Source of the DNA: Ilumatobacter sp.
GTDB taxonomy: Bacteria > Actinomycetota > Acidimicrobiia > Acidimicrobiales > Ilumatobacteraceae
Reading direction: 5' to 3'
DNA: 24,000 nucleotides
Assembly: GCA_036526035.1 (NCBI GenBank)
Contig: DATCZG010000017.1
Location: 42,773-66,772, forward strand
Under the pieces are notes generated by a model that saw only the letters and a program-made list of their open reading frames with translations, was not told where the DNA came from and did not search any database. How positions within the stretch are numbered: position 1 is the first letter of the stretch; every line of letters starts with the position of its first letter. A program made the position numbers and the translations under genes. Shown in pieces: positions 8,378 through 15,122 of this stretch.

Positions 8378-9289
8378 ATGCACGTCCTACGCACCCCCGA
8401 CGACCGCTTCGCCGATCTGCCCGGCTACCCGTTCGAGCCGCACTACGGCGAGGTCCCCGACGGCGAGGGCGGCACCCTGCGGATGCACTACCTCGACGAG
8501 GGGCCGCGCACCGGGCCGGCCGTGCTGTTGCTGCACGGCGAGCCGTCGTGGAGCTACCTCTACCGCCACATGATCGCGCCGCTGGTCGAGTCGGGCTGTC
8601 GCGTCGTCGCCCCCGACCTGATCGGGTTCGGGCGCAGCGACAAGCCGACCCTCACGAGCGACTACAGCTACGCCCGCCACATCGCCTGGGTCGAGGCGCT
8701 GGTGTTCGGGCATCTCGACCTGAACGACATCACCTACTTCGGTCAGGACTGGGGCGGCCTGATCGGGCTGCGGCTGGTGGCGGCGCACGGCGGCCGTTTC
8801 GCCCGCGTCGCGATCGGCAACACCGGCCTGCCGACGGGGGAGGGACGGCCCAGCGATGCCTTCCTCGCCTGGCAGAGGTTCTCGCAGGAGTCGCCGACGT
8901 TCCCGATCGGTTCGATCGTCAACGGCGGCTGCGCGACCGACCTGCCGCCCGAGGTGATCGCCGCCTACGACGCCCCGTTCCCCGACGACACCTACACCGC
9001 CGGAGCGCGGATCTTCCCGTCGTTCGTGCCCACCTCGACCGCCGACCCGGAGTCGGCGAACAACGCCGCCGCCTGGCAGCAGCTGGCGCAGTTCGACCGG
9101 CCGTTCCTGCTGTGCTTCAGCGATCGCGACCCGATCACCGCCGGCGGCGACGCGCCGTTCCTGGCCAAGGTGCCGGGTACCCGCGGCCAGCCCCACGTCA
9201 CGATCGAGGGCGCCCGCCACTTCCTCCAGGAGGACAAGGGTGCCGAGCTGGCGGCGGTGCTGCTCGGCTTCATCGGGGCCGACCGGTGA
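8378..9289 (+). CDS. dhmA: Haloalkane dehalogenase (alpha/beta hydrolase, HLD-I type), 303 aa
   Basis: RTPDDRFADLPGYPFEPHY…LRMHYLDEGP…LLLHGEPSWSYLYRHMI…PDLIGFGRSDKP. Nucleophile elbow GQDWGG (Asp-Trp). C-terminal catalytic His in GARHFLQEDKG. Starts 3 nt after the MBL stop. Confidence 0.88.
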   Translation: MHVLRTPDDRFADLPGYPFEPHYGEVPDGEGGTLRMHYLDEGPRTGPAVLLLHGEPSWSYLYRHMIAPLVESGCRVVAPDLIGFGRSDKPTLTSDYSYARHIAWVEALVFGHLDLNDITYFGQDWGGLIGLRLVAAHGGRFARVAIGNTGLPTGEGRPSDAFLAWQRFSQESPTFPIGSIVNGGCATDLPPEVIAAYDAPFPDDTYTAGARIFPSFVPTSTADPESANNAAAWQQLAQFDRPFLLCFSDRDPITAGGDAPFLAKVPGTRGQPHVTIEGARHFLQEDKGAELAAVLLGFIGADR

Positions 9290-9308
9290 ACGAGCCCCGA
9301 CCGCTCGA

Positions 9309-9355
9309 CCCCGGCCGCCGCCGGGGCACGACGCGTCGAGCCGGCCGGGCGCCGG
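9309..9355 (+). other. Cluster of GC-rich stem-loops/palindromes in the intra-operon gap
   Basis: CCCCGGC-cgcc-GCCGGGG (9309-9326; 7-bp stem, 4-nt loop). Perfect palindrome CGACGCGTCG (9329-9338). CCGGC-cgggc-GCCGG (9341-9355). No T-tract follows. Confidence 0.45.
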
Positions 9356-9374
9356 GTGCGGCGAGGCGAAGCGC

Positions 9375-9824
9375 GTGACCGCCGTCGTCAAGACCCGGGT
9401 GGTCGCGTCCCCGAGCGAGCGGGTGTGGGACGTCCTCGCGGCGTTCGAACGCATCGCCGAATGGGCGCCGGAGGTCGATCACTCGAGCCTGCTCACCGAA
9501 CACGGGTCAGGCGTCGGAGCCGTCCGTCGGGTGCAGCTCGGGCGGATGGTGCTGACCGAGACGGTGCGTACCTGGCAGGCCGGCTCGGGCTTGTCGTACA
9601 CGATCGCAGGCCTGCCGCCGGTGGTGCGTTCGGTCGTCAACACCTGGCAGCTCGAGCCGGCGAGCGACGGCACGCTCGTCGTGTTGACCACCGAGATCGA
9701 CGCCGGCCCCCGGCCACCGCAGCTGTTGATCGCCCGGGCCGTCGGCCGCCGTCTCGGCGCCGCCGGCGACAGCATGCTCGCCGGACTCGCCGCACACCTC
9801 GAACGACAGGAGCGCCCGACATGA
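9375..9824 (+). CDS. SRPBCC (polyketide cyclase/dehydrase, lipid-binding START-like) family protein, 149 aa
   Basis: GTG at 9375 with GAGG about 8 nt upstream. Typical SRPBCC N-terminus (VVKTRVVASPSERVWDVLAAFERIAEWAP). The stop overlaps the next gene's ATG (ATGA at 9821-9824). The track ORF's N-terminal extension from 9240 is Pro/Arg-rich and lies over the stem-loop region. Confidence 0.75.
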   Translation: MTAVVKTRVVASPSERVWDVLAAFERIAEWAPEVDHSSLLTEHGSGVGAVRRVQLGRMVLTETVRTWQAGSGLSYTIAGLPPVVRSVVNTWQLEPASDGTLVVLTTEIDAGPRPPQLLIARAVGRRLGAAGDSMLAGLAAHLERQERPT

Positions 9825-12415
9825 GCACCACCCGCCCCGACGTGATCATCCTGATGACCGACGAGGAGCGCGCCGCGCCCCCGTACGAGTCCGACGACGT
9901 GGCGCGATGGCGACGCGAGACGCTCACCGGCGCCGCCTGGTTCGACGACCACGCCGTCAACTTCCGGCGCCACTACACCGGCTCGTTGGCATGCGTCCCC
10001 AGCCGGCCGACGATGTTCACCGGCCAGTACCCCGACCTGCACGGGGTCACCCAGACCGACGGGCTCGGCAAGATGCACGACGACACCCGGATGCGCTGGC
10101 TGCCCGCCGGTGAGGTGCCCACGCTCGGCAACTGGTTCCGGGCCGGCGGGTACGACACCCACTACGACGGCAAGTGGCACCTCTCCCACGCCGATCTGCA
10201 CGACGCCGACGGCCGCCGGTTGGACACCAACGACAGCGCCGGTGTCGTCGACGCCGCGGCGGTGCAGCGCTACCTCGACGCCGACCCGCTCGACCCCTAC
10301 GGGTTCTCGGGATGGGTCGGCCCGGAACCGCACGGCGGTTCGCTCGCCGACGCCGGCGTGCGCCGCGACCCCTTGATCGCGGCCCGGGTCGTCGCCTGGC
10401 TCCACGATCGCTACCAGCGGCGCCGCGCCGGCGACCCCGACGCCCAGCGGCCGTTCCTGCTCGTCGCCAGCTTCGTCAACCCACACGACATCGTGCTGTT
10501 CCCGCTGTGGTCGCGCCGCGGCGTTCCGCTCGAGTCGCCGTCGCCGCTCGACCCGCCGCCGGTCGCCGCCGCCCCGACCGCCGGCGAGGACCTCGCCGCC
10601 AAGCCGGCCGCCCAGATCGCCTACCGGGCGTCGTATCCCAGCGGGTACGGCCCGGCGGCCACGGTCGCCCGGCTCTACGACCAGCGTGCCCAGCAGTACC
10701 GCGACCTGTACCACCGGTTGCACGCCGAGGTCGACGGCCCGCTCGACCAGGTCCGCCGGGCGGTCACCGACGGCGGGTCCGAGCACGCCGTCATCGTGCG
10801 CACCAGCGACCACGGCGACCTGCTCGGCGCGCACGGTGGCCTGCACCAGAAGTGGTTCACGCTCTACGACGAGGCCACCCGGGTGCCGTTCTCGATCGCC
10901 CGGGTCGGCGCGGGTGCCACCACGGGCTCGGTGATCGCCGACGCCCCGACGTCGCACGTCGACCTCGTGCCGACCCTGCTCGCGGCGGCGGGCATCGACA
11001 CCGAGATGGCGGCCGAGGTGCTGCGCGAGTCGTTCAGCGAGGTGCACCCGCTGCCGGGCCGCAACCTGATGCCGGTCGTCGACGCCGTCGAGCCGGCCGA
11101 CCGCGACCGCCCGGTGTACCTGATGACCCGCGACAACATGCTCGAGGGCGACACGCTGGCGTCGGGCGTGGCACGCCGTCTGGGCCGCACCGCCAAGCCG
11201 CCCGCACCACTGCGGATCCGGGTGCCCGCCCACGTCGGCGCCAACTTCGAAGGGTTGGTGGCGCGGGTCGCCGACGCCGACGCCCCCGGCGCCGCCGGCC
11301 ACCTGTGGAAGCTGGTGCGCACGTTCGACGACCCGGCGACGTGGACCGAGCCGGGCGTCCGCCATCTCGCCGCCAGCGGCCCCGGCGGCGACGAGTACCG
11401 CACCCGCCCGGTGCCCGACCAGTGGGAGCTCTACGACCTCGACGCCGACCCGGCCGAGGCCGTCAACCGCTGGCGCGACCCGGCCGCCTCGGCGGTGTTC
11501 GACCACCTGCGCGGCGAGTTGAAGGCCGAGCGGGCACGCGCCGTGCCCGAACGCAACGCGCCGTGGCCGTACGCGGCACGGCGGTCGCCCGCCGGCCCGC
11601 CGCGCAAGCAGCCGCCACCCCCGGCGCGCGCCGCCCGGAAGCTGCTGCAGCGCCTCGGCATGCACCCCGACGACACCGAACCCTTCGAGGTCGACGTCGA
11701 CCTCAGCGGGCGGCGGGCGCTCGTCGTCGCCACCAACCACGGCACGCTCGACATCGGCAAGCCGACCGGCGTGTTCGCCAGCGAGATGACCGTGCCGTAC
11801 TACGCGTTCCACGACGCCGGCATGAGCGTCGACGTCGCCAGCCCCAACGGCGGCGTGATCCCGGTCGACCCGATGTCGCTCAAGCCGGTGATCCGCACCG
11901 CCGAGGACGACCGCTTCCTCGCCGACGACGACTTCCGGGCGAAGGTGACCGGTTCGTTCGCGATCGGCGACCTCGACATGACGGCCTACGACATCGTGTT
12001 CCTGGCCGGCGGCTGGGGGGCGGCGTTCGACTTCGGTTTCAGCGAGGCCCTGGCCACCAAGATCACCGAGGCGAACGCCGCCGGCAAGGTGATCGGCGGC
12101 GTCTGCCACGGCCCGCTCGGCCTGCGCAACGCACTCGGCACCGACGGCCGCCCGCTCGTCGAGGGCCGCCGCGTCACCGGGGTGTCCGACAAGCAGGTGC
12201 GCGAGCTGGGCATCGCGTCGACACCTCACCACCCCGAGGCCGAGCTGCGCCGGATGGGGGCGGCGTACGAATCGGTCAGCCGGTTCCGAGACCCGTTCGC
12301 CAACCACTGGGTCGTCGACGGCAACCTGGTGACCGGACAGAACCAGAACGCCGGGCCGATGGTGGCCCGCGAGATGCTCAAGCTGGTCGTCGACCGGCTC
12401 ACGGCGCAGGCCTGA
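9821..12415 (+). CDS. Fusion protein: N-terminal Cys-type sulfatase domain plus C-terminal DJ-1/PfpI/Hsp31-like (class I glutamine amidotransferase-like) domain, 864 aa
   Basis: Sulfatase part: DVIILMTDEER, formylglycine motif ACVPSRPTMFTGQYP (Cys58 codon 9992-9994), YDGKWHLS, RTSDHGDLLGAHGGLHQKWFTLYDEATRVPFSI. A Pro/Arg-rich linker follows (…SPAGPPRKQPPPPARAARK…). DJ-1/Hsp31 part from about 11711: ALVVATNHG…YDIVFLAGGWGAAFDF…GKVIGGVCHGPLGL (nucleophile Cys codon 12104-12106, followed by His)…VVDGNLVTGQNQNAG. Confidence 0.9.
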   Translation: MSTTRPDVIILMTDEERAAPPYESDDVARWRRETLTGAAWFDDHAVNFRRHYTGSLACVPSRPTMFTGQYPDLHGVTQTDGLGKMHDDTRMRWLPAGEVPTLGNWFRAGGYDTHYDGKWHLSHADLHDADGRRLDTNDSAGVVDAAAVQRYLDADPLDPYGFSGWVGPEPHGGSLADAGVRRDPLIAARVVAWLHDRYQRRRAGDPDAQRPFLLVASFVNPHDIVLFPLWSRRGVPLESPSPLDPPPVAAAPTAGEDLAAKPAAQIAYRASYPSGYGPAATVARLYDQRAQQYRDLYHRLHAEVDGPLDQVRRAVTDGGSEHAVIVRTSDHGDLLGAHGGLHQKWFTLYDEATRVPFSIARVGAGATTGSVIADAPTSHVDLVPTLLAAAGIDTEMAAEVLRESFSEVHPLPGRNLMPVVDAVEPADRDRPVYLMTRDNMLEGDTLASGVARRLGRTAKPPAPLRIRVPAHVGANFEGLVARVADADAPGAAGHLWKLVRTFDDPATWTEPGVRHLAASGPGGDEYRTRPVPDQWELYDLDADPAEAVNRWRDPAASAVFDHLRGELKAERARAVPERNAPWPYAARRSPAGPPRKQPPPPARAARKLLQRLGMHPDDTEPFEVDVDLSGRRALVVATNHGTLDIGKPTGVFASEMTVPYYAFHDAGMSVDVASPNGGVIPVDPMSLKPVIRTAEDDRFLADDDFRAKVTGSFAIGDLDMTAYDIVFLAGGWGAAFDFGFSEALATKITEANAAGKVIGGVCHGPLGLRNALGTDGRPLVEGRRVTGVSDKQVRELGIASTPHHPEAELRRMGAAYESVSRFRDPFANHWVVDGNLVTGQNQNAGPMVAREMLKLVVDRLTAQA

Positions 12416-12425
12416 CAGGAGCGAG

Positions 12426-13238
12426 ATGGCCGACACCCCCCGCTACGGACAGGTCGACCGGGACTACGGCATCCGGCTGGCCACGACACCGCCCGACGAG
12501 GACGGTCCGATCTGGATGGTCAACTTGATGAAGTACCGCGAGCACGCCGACTACGGCGACGGCGGCGGGCCGGCGATCAGCGGCCGTGAGGCCGACGACC
12601 TCTACACCCCGTTCGACGTGCTCGCCGCGATCGGCGCCGAGGTCGTGTTCGCCGCCGACGTCGACCAGCAGTTGCTCGGCGCCGCGCCGCAGTGGGACCG
12701 GGTGGCGATCGTGAAGTACCCGACGCGTCGCTCGTTCATCGAGATGCAGAGCCGGCCCGACTTCCAGCGCCGCCACGTGCACAAGGACGCCGGGATGGAG
12801 ACGACGATCGTCAGCGGCTGCCTGCCGATCGCGCTGCCCGCCGGCGATCCGGTCGACTGGGCCGACGTGCCCCACCCGCCGACCGCCGATGACGGTCCGG
12901 TGGTGGTGATCCACGTGCTGAAGTTCCAGGCGTCGACGGCGGTGACACCCGACGAGATGGTCGCCTACCAGCAGGCCGCGGCCCGGGTGGCGGTGCCCCA
13001 CGGGGTGCGGCTGAACGGGTGGTTCGCGGTCGAGGGCACGATCCTGGGCGACGGCCGCTCGTGGGACCAGATCCGGTTCAACGAGTTCCCCAGCAAGGCG
13101 GCGTTCATGGCCGTGGCGCTCGACCCGGCCCGGCTCGATGCCCAGCACGGCCACCGCGAGGTGGCGATCGCCGACACCTACACGATGATCCTGCGGGCCC
13201 ACGTCAACCGGCTGGCCGAGTCGATCGCCGCCGGCTGA
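12426..13238 (+). CDS. Protein with two tandem DUF1330-like (dimeric alpha/beta-barrel) domains, 270 aa
   Basis: AGGAG 5 nt upstream of the ATG. Two internal repeats end in the DUF1330-like block: WDRVAIVKYPTRRSFIEMQSRPDFQ and WDQIRFNEFPSKAAFMAVALDPARL. Confidence 0.8.
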   Translation: MADTPRYGQVDRDYGIRLATTPPDEDGPIWMVNLMKYREHADYGDGGGPAISGREADDLYTPFDVLAAIGAEVVFAADVDQQLLGAAPQWDRVAIVKYPTRRSFIEMQSRPDFQRRHVHKDAGMETTIVSGCLPIALPAGDPVDWADVPHPPTADDGPVVVIHVLKFQASTAVTPDEMVAYQQAAARVAVPHGVRLNGWFAVEGTILGDGRSWDQIRFNEFPSKAAFMAVALDPARLDAQHGHREVAIADTYTMILRAHVNRLAESIAAG

Positions 13239-13265
13239 GCCGTCGTTCGCCCGGTCGCCGTTCGT

Positions 13266-14069
13266 TCAGTCGGCGAGCGTGCCGGCGAACACCTGCCAGG
13301 CGAGGGCGCTCTTGGCGGCCAGGCTGAGCACGAGGTACACCTGCTCGCCGTAGAGGTAGTCGGCGAACCTGCCGCGGCCGCGGTACTGCAGCCACTGGTT
13401 GAGGGCGAAGCAGTTGAACAGCACGAACAGCGACACGAAGATGCCGTACACGAAGCCGGGCACGCCGTCGCCTTCGCGTTGTGAGGTGATCAGCGCGATC
13501 GCGATCACGATCCAGGGCACGATGCCGGCGAGGCCGCCCAGCGTGAACGGCCACCAGTCGACCGGGTCGCCGGGCCGGTTGGTGCGTTCCATCAGCCAGC
13601 CGAAGGCGATCATCGCGGCGTTGACGGCGAACAGCCCGATCAGGGCGTAGAGGTTGGTGATCCCGGGCAGCATCGCGATCAGCACGACCATCAGCGAGGC
13701 GCTCACCGAGTACTCGATCCACCGGGCGACGTTGATGCCGCGTCGCAGGTTCGCCTCGTACCAGCCGACGACGCCCGGGGCGGCCATCAGCAGGTGATCG
13801 GCGGCGGCGAGGAACAGGAACACCGCGATCGCGACCGAGAACCGGAGATCGAAGAACACGTGCTCGATCGTGAGCGGGGTGCCGGGAGGCCCGTCCTGCA
13901 CCGGCGCCCCCACCGCGATCGCGAAGCCGTTGCCGAGCAGCAGGATCAGCACGCCCTGTGCGAGGTGGGCGACGCCGACGCCGACGTTCCAGCGCCGCAG
14001 GCGTGCCAGGCGGTCGACCACCGGGGCGCTGGTCGGATCGACGCTGGTCGGATCGGCGCTGGTGCTCAC
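13266..14069 (-). CDS. Heliorhodopsin (retinal-binding 7-TM photoreceptor, inverted topology), about 267 aa
   Basis: Block-by-block resemblance to heliorhodopsin 48C12 as I remember it: GVAHLAQ (TM1 His), ADHLLM (TM2 His), RWIEYSVSASLMVVLIA (counterion Glu), VNAAMIAFGWL, PGFVYGIFVSLFVLFNCFALNQWLQYRGRG, YLVLSLAAKSALAWQVFAGTL (Schiff-base Lys codon 13311-13313). The start is uncertain. GTG 14069 is chosen because it is the first start codon after ATG 14204. The 14070-14204 stretch has lower GC3 and overlaps the upstream gene's end. Confidence 0.9.
   Translation of the reverse strand: MSTSADPTSVDPTSAPVVDRLARLRRWNVGVGVAHLAQGVLILLLGNGFAIAVGAPVQDGPPGTPLTIEHVFFDLRFSVAIAVFLFLAAADHLLMAAPGVVGWYEANLRRGINVARWIEYSVSASLMVVLIAMLPGITNLYALIGLFAVNAAMIAFGWLMERTNRPGDPVDWWPFTLGGLAGIVPWIVIAIALITSQREGDGVPGFVYGIFVSLFVLFNCFALNQWLQYRGRGRFADYLYGEQVYLVLSLAAKSALAWQVFAGTLAD
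14028..14063. repeat. 15-nt in-frame tandem repeat in the heliorhodopsin N-terminal tail
   Basis: GCTGGTCGGATCGAC (14028-14042), GCTGGTCGGATCGGC (14043-14057) and partial GCTGGT (14058-14063). On the minus strand this encodes S-ADPTS-VDPTS-A. Confidence 0.75.
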
Positions 14070-14181
14070 GGGGGTGCTCGCTTTCGGTCGGGTGGGTGCC
14101 GGCGAAGCTCGCGCGTCGCACCCGGTCGTGCCAGATGGAACAGCGGTCGATGGTGGATATTCCCGTCGTCGTTCGCCGGGA

Positions 14182-15012
14182 TCACTCCCCGTGGGCCGGC
14201 ACACCGGCGGTGAACACCGGCCGGTCCGCGGCCCGGCGCACGGTGGTGCGAGCCCGGGCGACCAGGTCGGCGAGCGGCTGTCCGGCGCCGCCGACGAGGG
14301 TGGCGACCCCCGCGGCCGCGAGGTCGCCGGCGGCAGCCGCGGCGGTCGCCGCCACGTCCGGCTGGGTGACGGTGATCACGGCGACGTCGACGCCGTTCCC
14401 GGTGCAGAACCGGATGAACTCGGCCGCCGGGAGGTCGGCCCCGAGGTGGTGCACGTGCCAGTGGTCGGCCCGCAGGGCGACCGCCGCCATGGTGGTCGGC
14501 AACGAATGCCGGTCGCCCGACAGCGCGGCCACCGCAGCGGTGCCGCGGCGGCGGCCGCGCGGGTTCGGGGCGAGCTCGCCGAGCAACCGTTCGACGATCG
14601 CCGACGCCCGGTGTTCGGCCCAGATCGTGAGGTCGCCCGTCGACCAGGCGCTGCCGATCGCCCGCAACGACGGGGCGAGCACCTGCTCGACGAGATCGAG
14701 GATCGGTGTGCCCTCGGCGACCAGGCGGGTGGCGATCCGGACGGCGGCGGCCTCGTCGCCGGCGACCAGCGCGGCGTGCATCCGCTCGGCGGCGTGGTGC
14801 ATCCGGGCCGGTCGCGGCGGTGGCGGCGCCTGCGGCGCCCGCCGCGACCGCTCGAGTTCGGCGGCCGCCGAACGCGACACCAGGTAACGACCGGCGACCA
14901 TCTCGGCCGGCAGGGTCCCGTTGCGCACCCATCGGTAGGCGGTCTGGTAGTGCACGCCGAGCAGTTCGGCGGCCGCCGCCAACTCGACTCGTTCCTCGGC
15001 CGCTGCATCCAC
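14182..15012 (-). CDS. HTH (excisionase/MerR-superfamily) plus cobalamin(B12)-binding domain transcriptional regulator, CarH/LitR-like candidate photoreceptor, 276 aa
   Basis: N-terminal HTH AAAELLGVHYQTAYRWVRNGTLPAEMVAGRYLVS. Helical-bundle motif W-x9-EH = W123 STGDLTIWA E133 H134 (codons 14646-14611). B12-binding Rossmann part with SGDRHSLP (D-x-H-x-x-P; His169 codon 14508-14506), …DVAVITVT…, …LVGGAG. GTG start at 15012. Confidence 0.85.
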   Translation of the reverse strand: MDAAAEERVELAAAAELLGVHYQTAYRWVRNGTLPAEMVAGRYLVSRSAAAELERSRRAPQAPPPPRPARMHHAAERMHAALVAGDEAAAVRIATRLVAEGTPILDLVEQVLAPSLRAIGSAWSTGDLTIWAEHRASAIVERLLGELAPNPRGRRRGTAAVAALSGDRHSLPTTMAAVALRADHWHVHHLGADLPAAEFIRFCTGNGVDVAVITVTQPDVAATAAAAAGDLAAAGVATLVGGAGQPLADLVARARTTVRRAADRPVFTAGVPAHGE

Positions 15013-15122
15013 GGCCGTACCGTAGGCCTGCGGTCACCTTTGTGCACTAACCAGCGCTGAATCGGTGCCGTGCTCGTCGCCCGGCCGCGGCGGCTGATGG
15101 TCCGCCCGCCGGACGCGACGCC

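Noticed and set aside
9240-9374. Longer SRPBCC start at 9240 (194 aa).
   Set aside because: The extension is Pro/Arg/Gly-rich, overlaps the dehalogenase 3' end and covers the stem-loop cluster. GTG 9375 yields a typical SRPBCC N-terminus.
14132-14145. CAGAT/CAGCG pair upstream of the heliorhodopsin, as a second copy of the CAGAC operator.
   Set aside because: There are only two degenerate copies, at 9-bp rather than 10-11-bp spacing, which is too weak to call.
14070-14204. Longer heliorhodopsin start at ATG 14204.
   Set aside because: It would overlap the regulator's 3' end by 23 nt. The region is locally less GC-biased at third positions and encodes a Pro/Ser/Thr/Arg-rich tail unlike heliorhodopsin N-termini. 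I cannot exclude it without experimental data.
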